A DNA stretch of 64,000 bases from Raillietiella orientalis (taxonomy: Eukaryota). The notes below the pieces were generated by a model. That model was not told the origin of the DNA, made no database searches, and saw only the letters and a list, made by a program, of their open reading frames with translations. This document shows, piece after piece, positions 1-11,049 of the stretch (positions are counted from its first letter, which is position 1; each line of letters opens with the position of its first letter). Position numbers and translations under genes: made by a program. The stretch is taken from the NCBI GenBank assembly GCA_036172245.1, contig JAYWIR010000028.1:1426001-1490000 (forward strand). Direction: 5' to 3'.

Positions 1-18
1 TATATATATATATATATA
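1..18. repeat. (TA)n microsatellite at the window edge
   Basis: Perfect TA run. Confidence 0.95.
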
Positions 19-19
19 G

Positions 20-1700
20 CCCTCTTGTGTTTGATATTAAGATCGACACAGGTAGACTGTTTGTAATTTGAGATCCATAGGGGAAAATGAATGGCTTGTG
101 CTGCCCTCAGTATCACAGCAGGTTGAACATACGAAGTCAGCGGCGCTGATGGAATCGTTGACGTTCCTCTGCAAATGAATTTTCAATTTTTTGATAGTGA
201 GGGATAGCATCCCGTAGCAGCCAGCAACCTCCTGAGGCTCGAATAGCTGCAAAGTTTTAAGCCTCGAACACGTGCACGTGCACGGTTTTCAGGTTAACTG
301 ATATCCATTTGAAGGCGGCAAATATTTGAAGCAACCGGGAAAATTGGTTCGATAGAATGATAGATGCAGAGAGGCCGATTTCTGATTCTATACGATCGTT
401 AACTCTAGAACTTGGCGAGCTCTCATAACTGTCAACATATCAATAGCACGGAAGTCCAGAAGCTGAAGAAGCCGCCCAAAAATTCTCACGCAGATAAAAA
501 AAACTACGATTTCAAGGATTGTCAACAAATTACGAATAAATAATTTTGCAGAAGCCTTAGATGCGCCCTGCCTTGCTGATATTCTTCGTATTTGTGCGTC
601 ATACATGCGAATGCCCAAAGTGTTGCCAAAAGAGTTTCATCAGTCTAGTTAAGGAAGTTTTATATAAGCTTCAGACAAGGCGTTCCAAGTTCATTTCACA
701 AAATTCACACGCGCGAAAGAATTCGGGTTTACTGGTTTTGGCCTCTGGTGGTGGTAGAAAGAGTGTTGGGTATCCTGCAGGACCAGAAGCTCATTTTCTG
801 TGGTTTTCCAAAGTGGTGTTGCAATCCAGACTCTGCATGAATATTCCTTCCATACTTCGGAGGTGTTTCCTTGTGTACGTGCTCCCTGGGATGTACCATA
901 CCGATTTGGATCAATTGGAGAACTGTTGGGCATTCATTCTCATTCTGCCTACCAAAGTAGGAAAGGCTTCCGCCTCGGTCTTCATCACGCAAGCGAGGCT
1001 CCCTTCAGAAATCCCGCAACGGCGGTTTCTTCACCTCCTCGGCAGGTGCTTTGCAGATGCCCTAACCGCAGCTGCATCTCAGTGCAGAGTGACCGATCTT
1101 CCCGCCGAAAATCGGCTTGCAGATCTTGGTCTTTCGCTCCGTTACACCGAGCATCTGCATCGCATTCTACGGCCCGAGTAGGTTCTGCCCTACTCGACGA
1201 AAGTAAGAGCGTGTGCGTGCCTCGTTCTGCCAACTCTGTGAACACTTTGTTCCTCTTTCGTTTGTCGACCATGCAATTTATGCCGCCATGTTTTGTAATC
1301 TAAACAGTTGTTTTCAGCAGCTGAAGTCTGGTTGCTTATTGGGACTTCCTTGCCCGGCTTCTTCTCGAGTACATTGGGGCCGTTGCCAGGGAGTACCGTG
1401 GTTTTTGAAAACCGAGTGGAATCTCGGCAGCATCTTCGTCCATCGTCCCGGTATAGAAAAGTGTTCTGACCTATAGGGTTTCCGTAAAGGCTTCAGCAAG
1501 TGTTGAACACGTCGTGGCGTGTCCGAACTTTTGGCAGTTGAGATGTGAGCGCGCGAAGTCGCTGAAGACGAACGGTCTCTCTTCTTTTGTACTCAAAGTT
1601 TCGATCCAACCAATGTAACGAATTGCTTTTGCGCTCTCTTTGTGGAGAATAAAAATTCCGGCGGTTGTGGGACTTTGGTTGGGAATGTTTTCCTTTCAGC
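20..1700 (-). mobile_element. Heavily decayed non-LTR retrotransposon fragment (I/Jockey-like ORF1 knuckle plus start of APE endonuclease), probably in a raw intron
   Basis: Minus-strand translation near 1510-1590 reads RPFVFSDFARSHLNCQKFGHATTC, similar to the RP[FY]...CxxCxxFGHxxxC ORF1 knuckle. RGGEETAV near 1020-1045 resembles the APE RGGGVA motif. Many stops and frameshifts; (TA)n on both sides. Confidence 0.35.
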
Positions 1701-1708
1701 TCTTCCAA

Positions 1709-1769
1709 AATTTCACTTCTGAATATATATATATATATATATATATATTCAGAAGTGAAATTATGCACT

Positions 1770-1804
<35 letters not shown>
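1709..1804. repeat. (AT)n microsatellites; the first lies inside a perfect palindrome at 1709-1762
   Basis: aatttcacttctgaa-(ta)n-ttcagaagtgaaatt, followed by a second AT run from ~1770. Confidence 0.95.
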
Positions 1805-2036
1805 GTGCATATGTTTATTTTTCGTTTTGAATTTGTGTGTGTGTTTTTTACTTCTAGTCTGTTTGTTTGTTTTTCGAAACTTGTTTTCGTGATTCTTTTG
1901 TGTTTTTTGTTCCGAGTGTCTTTGTCGGTACGATATTGCATTTTTGGTTTACTTTTCGTCTTCGAAAAGCTTCGAGTATTCAGAAGATGAGACCATTTGA
2001 CGATGATTTTTGAAAGTGATTTCTTATTTTTCATAG

Positions 2037-3647
2037 CAAGTGACTGAGTGGTATCCTGAACTGGTACAAGTGGAAGAAAACGCGAAAGCTAACTCTTCCA
2101 TTCTTTTTATGGTTATTGATGGAGAAACTCGATCAACCGTCACCATTATGGAAGTGGCTCACATGGCGGCCACGTCAAATGGGAAGCTGGTCTTTGTCAT
2201 GCTCCCGTTTGCCAAAATGGGGGCTCTTAAAAAAGGAGAACGATTGTCTGCTTCGTAAGACGGGTGCGCAGGCGGCAGCAGCGTCTGTAATGTACTCCAT
2301 TTATGCAGAGAACTGAAATACTTACATAACGCGCGAGACATACTGAGGCGAATCCTTGAGAAGGAAGCGGTGCCGGTCTTTGACGATGTCTCCGTCGCGT
2401 TGCATTACACCAGGATGCTTCTGGAGAAGAACAGCAACCTCAAGGACGACGCAACAACAAGATACGGTGAAGAGTGCTGCAAGAGCAGAATGTTAGATCG
2501 CAGGTTGCCATAATTGTTCATAGAAAGTTAGCCTAGATCCCGTCTCAGGAGATTGAGAGGTGCTTTTGATATCCAGGATACGCATCAGCACGGTCACATC
2601 AACTTTCATCAGGTGAGCTGATGTCCAGATCAAACTGCAAGTTGTGGCAGACCATAAAGGCACTGCATGATGCTACTGGAAGGAGGATTTCAGAAAATAC
2701 GCTGAAGATGGTAATTCCGCCGCACTGCAGCATCAGCGGACTGCTAGACTTCGATGACCTGTACGTTGTGGAGGCGAGGCTTCTGTTTCGGAAGCTGCAA
2801 TCTCGCCGGCTGCGGAGTTCGCTGCTCAACCGCGATGGTTTTGCCAAGCAGTTGGTATGCAGTCCAATTTGCAGAGGTGCTTCTATGGTTTCTTGTCGAA
2901 GCGAGTGTCCTACAAGGAGGCTATATTTCCAGGCTGGGCCAATTTTCGACGTCAGCTTCACTTTCTTGAACAGCAGAATAGCAAAAGAGATGTGTTTTTG
3001 TCCGGTGAATCGAAAAATGGTTCTTGGAGAAAAATGATTGCTATTCCCACGCTCAAGTAATGCTCGTGTCATTGACATTCTCCTTCATCCCCCTTTTTCT
3101 TTTTTCTTTTTTTGAAATAGAAAACACGGTTTGTCATATTTTGATACTGCCGAAGAGGGTCACTCGGATCACTTATCAGCAATCGAATTATCCGCCTTGC
3201 TATCTTGTCGAGTTCTTTTATTTGTTATCGGTTCAGAGACCCGTTCGCTGATCGACACGGTGAAGGTAAATGGGGCCGCATGATCGACAGATCCGACTAA
3301 TAGGTCCTCCTCCCCCCCCCCCCCTACTCAGGCTGCTTATAGCATTGGCCGTAAGCAGTCCATCGTCATCTGCTTGCAGTTTTTGCCGGAAAATTGCTGC
3401 GTCGCTGGGGAGCAGGTAAGACACGGGAAAAGAGGAGCAGGCGCTTCATACTATTCCTATTTATCTGTTTATTTATTGCTATCTGTTTCAGCTTGTTTCT
3501 CATGCCCTGAACGATTACAACCGCTGCAGGACGTATCTAGCACATTTAGCGCGTTCCAAAGGTATTGCTCTGTATGATTCTGTTCAAGGGGCCGTGGACG
3601 CGGCCGTGAGCTTATGTGATCGATCTGTGATATCCAAATATTCATAG
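2037..3647 (+). CDS. raw: Raw-like protein (two nucleoside 2-deoxyribosyltransferase-like repeats with an EF-hand-like linker); 5' exons not located
   Basis: Spliced exons approximately 2037-2254, 2309-~2466, ~2536-2612, 2651-2854, 2974-3056, 3121-3265, 3332-3415, 3492-3647 (TAG), with GT-AG introns. Peptides QVTEWYPELVQVEENAKANSSILFMVIDGETRS, DVFLSGESKNGSWRKMIAIPTLK, LLFVIGSETRS, AAYSIG..IVICLQFLPENC and NDYNRCRTYLAHLA match the recalled Drosophila Raw repeat motifs. Confidence 0.85.
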
Positions 3648-6569
3648 AATGTGACTTGTGTATTAAATACTGGAGTATGTGGACATGTGCCAAATTCATG
3701 ATGTTTTTCGACTGCACTCCCATTAGCGCCGCTGGTTCTCAGGAATACTGAACTGTATAATCTTAAATACATTTTGCTCGGAAAACTGAGTTTACCTGAA
3801 ATCTGATGAAAACTCACCTTTCTTTTTGATTTGAATTAATGTGAATAGAAACAAAGTAACATGTGAAAATAAATGGACGTTTTACAGCAAAAAAAAAAAA
3901 AACAAAAATTGAGGGAGATTTTTTTTTGGGGGGGGGGAGTCGGTGAGGATATTGCGAGTCAACCCACCAGTTCGGTCGGTCAGAAAAACCTTACCGATTC
4001 CAATTTCCTAAAATTGAAATTCAGAAAGCGTTGCATTTGAAGAAGGAAAAAAACAAAAATCGTAGAATTCTTATTTGAATTCCAAATTATTTACCCTTGA
4101 GGAACGACTGATGATATCAGAGATGGATTGGAGAAATAAGGTGACTTTCCTATCCATCAGCTAAGAGAGCGTGAATACTGTGTATACACAAGACTCGTTT
4201 GTACGCGTGTTTCATTGGACAGGGCCATGTGTCGCAACCACTCAGCCTGAGCTGCTTCCAGCGTGTGTTGCAGTTTTTTGTCATCCGGAGGATGCGCGCG
4301 ACACCCATCTGAATCGGGAAAACAGCTGTTGTACCAATAACAGGAGCAAAAGTTCCAATAATAGCTGGTGATGAGGTTAAAATAGGTGAAGGTACAGGGC
4401 TTGCTACGTGCTGTACATTCGCTGATGGCATGTATTGGCAGCAAAAGCGTAACTTGCCGATGAAAGTTATCGTTGGTCAGATCAATAACCTACATGGTGT
4501 CACTCCAGCAGCACATGACACCGGAGTCTTAAGGTGTTCATCTCCCTTGAGATGAACTGGGCCAATATCCTACGAAGAAAGAAAGAAAAAAAAAGAAAAA
4601 AAACAGTAAGGAAGGAAGCAAAAGGAAAAGAACCGTGAAGCGCTATTATAACCCACAAAGTGCTGTGCAAAAGTGAATCGCTCGTCTCCCCAATCCCTTT
4701 CCATGATTTCTCCCTTTTTGCTGCTGACTTTTCATTCACCCATTTCTCACCGGGAAGTCCCGATAATCGAAGATTCACGTTTCTCAAAGGACCAAATACT
4801 TTCCCATGTCCGAACATGTTATCCTTCCGTGCCCACCATTTGTTTCCCTTTTACTTTAAACCAGGTTTCCGAACTTGCACCGGGTAATCCCTCTCGACGT
4901 GAGACTGCGAAGAGCCACTTCTGCTTTCACTATTTACTAGGATAATAAAAAAAAAAAAAAAAAAAAAAAAGCAGTAGTAGGAAAAAAAAAGGAAAAAAAA
5001 AAACCGCCACCTTCATCCGTTATCCGCTGCTAATGCTTCACTTAGCGGGTCGTTCGAGTGCACGTCAACCCCCTCGTTGATTGCGGCAGTTTCCTAAAGG
5101 TTCAGCAACCGAATCGGTTGATTCCTTTTCCCAGTAATTGGGGATCATCGTGTGACAACGTTTGCATACGTCTCGTGGACCCGGAGGGGTTTTCGAGCGA
5201 CTTTACAGATCAACCAAGTTGGAAAGTTCGGTTACTCCCACTGGGATCGTCTGGAGCAGCATAGACGGGTCCAGTTCCCCCGGGGGGGGGGTCGTCGTCT
5301 CGAAACGCTGTTCATGACAGTTAGTAGAATTTTTTTTTTTTTTTTTCTTCCTTCTTTCGAAAAAAAACAAAAAGGGAGGGAGGGGGGGAAGGGGAGCTAA
5401 AGTTGTTGATATGCGTGCTTAGCGATTTGTGAAGGGGTGCTGAGATCCACGAAGAGCGATCTCCATTGGCAAGTGGAATAGAAAGCTGAAAATGATTTCC
5501 TCGATACCAATGAGTAGGAAGCAGTTACGAGTTATATTGAAAAATCCGTATAAGGATTCGCGTGGTATTATATTCCAAATGAGCGAATTGTCTTGGCGCG
5601 ACGAACCTCGGGCCTTTCGAAAATGCTAGCAATCCCTGATGCTCGAAATTGCCGTTCTGAAACATTTCCGACTTACGAGCGACGGATTCAGAAAAAGAGT
5701 CGGTGGGAAAATGGCAGATGTGGAAAGCGATCCAAGATTCACAGGGATCCACTGGAAGCAAAAGCAGGGAAGGAAGTTCACAGTTCAAAGGGCGGAGCTG
5801 TAGCTGCAAAGTTTCCGCCAGCTCTCAGCTGGGGTCCCCAGCCGGACGGTTCTCCATATTGGATTCCTCTTTGTGGATGGTCCCGGTACAGATTGTGCCT
5901 GCGGGACCTCGGCGACAGATTATGGGATGAGTGAATTGGTGCAATCACGTGCCGGGTGATTTCACCCTCGCTATTTTGCCCAACTAGTGGAAACGGATAA
6001 ATGTGCAAGAGACTGTCATGGGACGTGCACTTCCAGAGACAAGTGTTCCAACACTCGCTTGGCACCTTTAGATCACGCCAAATAGCTCGTCCGAGGAACT
6101 CGTTTTGCATGCACATCCTTACTTTTTTTTTTTTTTTTTCTTTCCCGTGTCGCCAAAGGAATGCATCAGAGGATTTCAAAATTTCCAAGTGATGCGCAGA
6201 ACCGACTCAATTTTTGGAAATCGTTTTTGAAAGTTGTGAAACGGAGTCTCAGTTCAGAACATGAGTTTAGGTGTTCAAAAAAGAGAAACCACTGATATAA
6301 ATTGAATGCAGCTGCATACAAATAAAACACGTCCTCCAGGCTCGGGGATAAATGACGGAGCTTCGGCGTGCATCATGAAAGGATGGGGGCGAAGCACTCG
6401 TTTCAGGAAGACGCATCCAAAACCAGTCTTCTCTCAACCTGGTTGCAGACGAGCATTCATACTCTCGTTGAGACGCCCGTCGACGAATTGCTGTCCCGCT
6501 TGTCGTCGTTCCCGGCTCAAAGTAATGCCGAGTTCTCGAATTTTCCCCAAGTCCCACAAGGGGTGGGGT

Positions 6570-7190
6570 AAATTTATTTTCTTTTTATATTACATTTCAT
6601 ACTACAATTTTCCATTCATACAATTCACTACTCATTCATACCTTACACTTTCACTTGGAAGTCCTTGGGGTGTCGCAAGTTCTGCGTTCAGGGTGGGTTC
6701 CTCGGTGTTCGGTCCCGGGCGTCGTACTCAATCCTCTTCAGGATGAATCGGTACGTCCAGGCATGGATTCGTCCACAGTTCCTGATACCGATTTCCCTCT
6801 TGATGAGTCCTTGCAGGATCTCCATCGGGGGTGCGGCTCTCCTGGCTTTCCTCATCTTCCACCACCGCACAAGTATGGCGGTGATGAAGAGAGCAATGGT
6901 CGTCCTCACCATGGGATTGTAGCAGGGAACATTACCGTCTCCCTGAAACATCCCGGCAAGGATTTCCAACGTGGAGCCGGTGGTCAGTCCGGTGTCGAGT
7001 TCTCGAGACCGGGTCAGCTCTTTCCAGGTGGCCCGCCTCGTTCGTTTCTTTACACCTGTTTGCAGGGCACCGCCATGTTTATGTGCTCGTCACCGAGGAA
7101 GGCCCATCACGAGAGCATTTTACGAACGGTGCGTTCTCATTCGATGTGCCGACCGGCATAAGGGCTTCACCACTCTTCCTACGCGCAAAT
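6570..7190 (-). mobile_element. 3' end of an L1/Tx1-like non-LTR retrotransposon ORF2 (decayed)
   Basis: ORF 6688-6969 (GMFQGDGNVPCYNPMVRTT...REIGIRNCGR) is clearly homologous to the C-terminus of the RT-bearing element at 14.4-16.8 kb. Confidence 0.6.
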
Positions 7191-7659
7191 GCATTCACAT
7201 TGACAGCGATTTGATTCATTTCGAGGTGAATCTTCAATCAACGGTGCCATTTTTTCCCCCCCCCCCCTTTCCCTTCTACTGGAATGAAAACTAATTAGAA
7301 ATTTCAGGACCATATGATTCGACACGGGACAGATCACAAGTCCGATTGCAGCGACATAAGAAAGAGTTTGGACTCCGTAATTTATCCTCAAGCCTTAAAA
7401 TATCGTGGCTCACTAATATTCCTTTCCATGCTGCATCTTGATTACAACTTTTAATTACTCTTTATTAAGAAAATCAATTGCTCCTAAATAATCAAATCAA
7501 CGATATACAAACACCAAAAAGAATTATCATTTACTAAGCAAGCTCCCTTATAATCACCCCCACTACCACCATTCGAAGAGCGGAGAATCGGATCCTACAT
7601 GTTTGCAAGCTTGCAAAAAAAAAATATAATAATTGCGAAAACACATTCTGCTGAATTGT

Positions 7660-8400
7660 GGAAGCAGACTACGTGTCTCCGGGGACTTGGGGTGGGCTGA
7701 ACCATGCTCAAAGGCCCACGCAGGAAACTCGGGCTTCCAGGAAAAACTCCCTCACGTATTCGCTGTTGCCATCGTCAGCTGCGTCCGGCCGAGGCTCCAG
7801 CTGAGCTCCTGCCACGAACCTCTCTGTCTCGCCCGAATCTGAGGAGCTGCCATCCTTCTCCGAAAGAGCACCAGAGGACGGAGAAGGTGCCCTTCCCGGC
7901 AGCTGGAGGCAGGCTCGATATGCACGGGCGCCAACTGCCTTCGGGGCACGTTGCTTCGACAGGAAAGTCGTCGCGCACTCCATGGCGGCTTCCGACCTCC
8001 ATCGTCCTGCTGCCTGCAGCGACTCGTGGAAACGCCTTCCAGGAGATTCGGTAAGTGCCGCGCCGAGCACCCCGCGGTTGGTTCATCCCGCAACGGTTTG
8101 CTCCGTTCACCACAAGTGGCTTGTTGGGCACTCGTTGGGATTAGCAGTCGCACCTTCAAGGCGTTCAAATAACTCCGACTGCCCGCCCACTCGAAGTTCG
8201 GGGTCGGGATGATTATCGACCCCGAGACCCCTCACACCTCTCGTGCCGGATGCGACCTCCCCCTTTTCGCTTCCTCTTTGGCGAGCTCCAGCTACCCCGA
8301 GGGAAATTTCGGGAACCAGCATCATCACCAGATGAAACGATTCATCTTTCGCTGGCCCACCCAGCTTTCACTCCCAAGCTGCCAGCCTCATCGGTTCACA
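7660..8400 (-). mobile_element. Possible decayed gag-like retroelement fragment
   Basis: GC-rich block with a frameshifted C..C.REGHLLR knuckle-like motif near 7870-7915. Weak evidence. Confidence 0.25.
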
Positions 8401-8459
8401 CTTTGAACAAACCATGAAGGCTGATAATGTGAAGTTTCAGTGGACAGCATGAGAAATAG

Positions 8460-9490
8460 TGAGGAGTGTGAGAAGGATGGGATTTGTCTAAGGGGTAAAA
8501 GGGATGAGGTGTTTGCTTGGATTTCTAGTCATGTGGAAGCGGAGAAGGATATAATTAATAATGAGCGAAGGGTCTTTTTTTTTTAGAGGATAGTAGCGTG
8601 ATGACAGGAGAGGGGGGAAGTTTGTGGAGTGGGAGGATGGCTAAAATTAGGAGTCTGAGCAAGAGAGCAATGACTCCCAGCTCGTTGGGTACGGAGCGTG
8701 GGATGGTATAGGCGAAAAGGTAGTATCATTCGGGCTGGATGTGGGTTGGGGTGACGAGTGGATTGCAGAGTAAAAAAAAAAAAAAATTCTCCGGGTATAA
8801 ATATATATGAGGAAAAGAAGAGGAGAGAGGTGAAGAATGGAAAAAGGCTTGTTAGATCTAGATGCTCGAAAGGGTAGTATACCTAGATTTCTTTTGGCTC
8901 CTAGGCAATTGGTGGAGGAAATAAAGGTGCAAATATGCCAATTATGGTATGAGTCTGTATAACATGAAATGGAGGGAGAAGAATCTACCAAATGTAGGGT
9001 TGGAAACGGAAACGTTTCCTCATAGGAATGAAATGATGCGTGGGAGGAATAGCGGTTGGTGATGGCCTGCAGCAGCTCAGAAAGTTGTGTGACCCCAAGG
9101 GCGGACATATCCTAAGGGTAATATCAGTAGAGAGAGGGTAAGGAGTGAGCGTCCTTGTGTTCAGAACATGGCATATTTGTAGAAGTAATAGAGCGTATGA
9201 AAAAAGTGTAGGTAGATTGCTAAGAAAAATAGGTAGGCAGTGTTAGGGCGGATGCAACGTAGCAGTCAGCCATTGTTAGTGTTGTGTAGGAGACCGATAT
9301 TAGGAAAGTTTCTCGGGTCCGGGGGGTATAGGGTATGGAATGGGTTCCTGTGACCAGTGGGGCAATAAGTGGAACTCATGTAAAAGATCCTGGATTTCTG
9401 AAGAAATGCCTGATGGCATTTGATTGGTATATTGCTTTTGTAGCTGATTTTTTTTTCTATTTTTTATTGAGGTTTGTTACGGAGAGAATC
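8460..9490 (-). pseudogene. cytb: Mitochondrial cytochrome b pseudogene (NUMT)
   Basis: Invertebrate mitochondrial code gives [34 protein letters not shown] (PEWY at 8723-8734), LGYVRPWGHTTFWAA and NNGWLLRCIRPNTAYLFFLAIYLH, with frameshifts between them. Confidence 0.95.
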
Positions 9491-9499
9491 GAGGTCTGC

Positions 9500-9880
9500 T
9501 TTGAGATATGTGTGGGATCATTAGTCTTTTGGTGAGGTATGACAGGACAAATCAAATTATGAGGGTATTAGTGAAAGTGGAATTCGGGAAGAGAAAGATG
9601 ATGGAAGGTGGATGGAGCAAGTGGGGATACAAGGAAGAATAAATAGGAGGGTAATGAGTAGAAATTTAGGATTGAATGTCATAGTTTGCTGAAGGTTAAA
9701 GATGTTATGTAGGTAAAGATGATGAGAATGCCTTCAATGCAGACGAGATAGAGAACGATGGCATATGATATGGAAGAACTGATGAGAACGGTGATGGATA
9801 GAGAGGTAATAACGAGTAGGAGAGTTGGGATTATGGGGTCAGTATAGTAGTAGAATAGGAAATATGTTATGATTATGCAA
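9500..9880 (-). pseudogene. nad6: Mitochondrial nad6 pseudogene (NUMT)
   Basis: YAIVLYLVCIEGILIIFTYMTSL resembles the nad6 LxYxGGxxxxFxY motif, directly upstream of cytb on the same strand. Confidence 0.7.
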
Positions 9881-9989
9881 GGGGATGCATTGATGTGAGT
9901 CGTTTGAAGGAATTAGGTATTGTAAGCACTGGGATTTGGAACTAGGAATGGGAATAATGGTTGGGTTTGTGAAGATTTTGTACAAATGA

Positions 9990-10200
9990 AGAGAATATTC
10001 CAAGAAGTTTGTTGAGGTTGGAAGTAATAATGTTGTGGAGACCAAGGTGTTTTTTTTTTAAGGAGATGCGTGTACTGGCAAATGAACATGAGATCTTTAT
10101 TTTGATGCTGTCCAAATTGTGAGAGCAGTGGGATTATGTGTGACAGTATTAGTTAGCTGGAACTATGTTAACAATTATTTTCGATCCGTTAGTATTTTTA
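9990..10200 (+). pseudogene. nad4L: Mitochondrial nad4L pseudogene (NUMT)
   Basis: CE..AVGLCVTVLVSWNYVNNY near 10118-10180 resembles the nad4L C-terminal CExxxGLxxLV...YGND motif. Confidence 0.55.
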
Positions 10201-10950
10201 ATGTTGATGCTGATAGATGTAGGGATGAGATTGGGAGTAGTGTTTTTGTGAATGATGATGTGATTGAATGGAGAGCAAGATTTGGGAAGTGCTGGGATGG
10301 ATGATGAAGAAAGGTATTTGTTGTCACGTTATTCCTTGTAATGCTGCAGAGTAAGATAGGGATTGGTGGTGGTTTGATATTTAGGGTTGTGAGAGTGGCC
10401 TGGGGTGTTATAGTTACATATGGATTCATGAGGGCTCTTTTTTTTTTTTAAACATTTTATGTATTTTCTAAAGGCAGAATGATTTTAGTAGTGGTGATTC
10501 TGATGTGATGAGGTTATCAGAGGGTGTGCCTTTTAGAGCCAGGGCTGATATGTTTGTGTATACAGTTTTTAGGTCTCTTTTTTTGGGTTGGTGTGATAAA
10601 GTTTGTAAGAGATCTAGGTTTGATTGTAAAAATGATGGAAAGGAAGTGGACTTGGAGGCTTAATTATGACTTTTATGCTTATTTAATATGTCATGTCCAT
10701 TGAGAAGAATATCTGTAGGAATGCTAGGTATGGTAGTTTATGGAGTATATCATATTTAGGAAGGGTCAAGTGAGTAGGATGTATATCTTGAAACTGATGA
10801 TTCATAGAACGGTAATTGCATAAGAGGGATATAAAGTGATTATGAAAGATCAATATGCTATTCCTATAAGGGAAATAGCAAGGGTGATTAGTATGATAAT
10901 TGTTATGTGTTGATTTCAAAGTACTTTAATGAGAATAACAATTCGGGAGC
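10200..10950 (+). pseudogene. nad4: Mitochondrial nad4 pseudogene, internally deleted (NUMT)
   Basis: WGYQ..(R)A..MFVYTVF near 10508-10570 and an AY...CH remnant near 10676-10696; position between nad4L and nad5. Confidence 0.6.
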
Positions 10951-11049
10951 ATAGGTAATTTTGGCTTTAATTTATAAAATGGGGTTGGTTGGGATAAAGG
11001 TTGTGGGTTTGTGAGCTGTATGTTGGCAAAGAGTTATCATGTTAGAGTG

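Noticed and set aside
1493..2034. ORFs containing YIYIYI repeats
   Set aside because: Translations of (AT)n microsatellites.
9880..11010. Mitochondrial tRNA remnants (Pro/Thr/His) within the NUMT
   Set aside because: Expected by position, but no cloverleaf could be folded convincingly.
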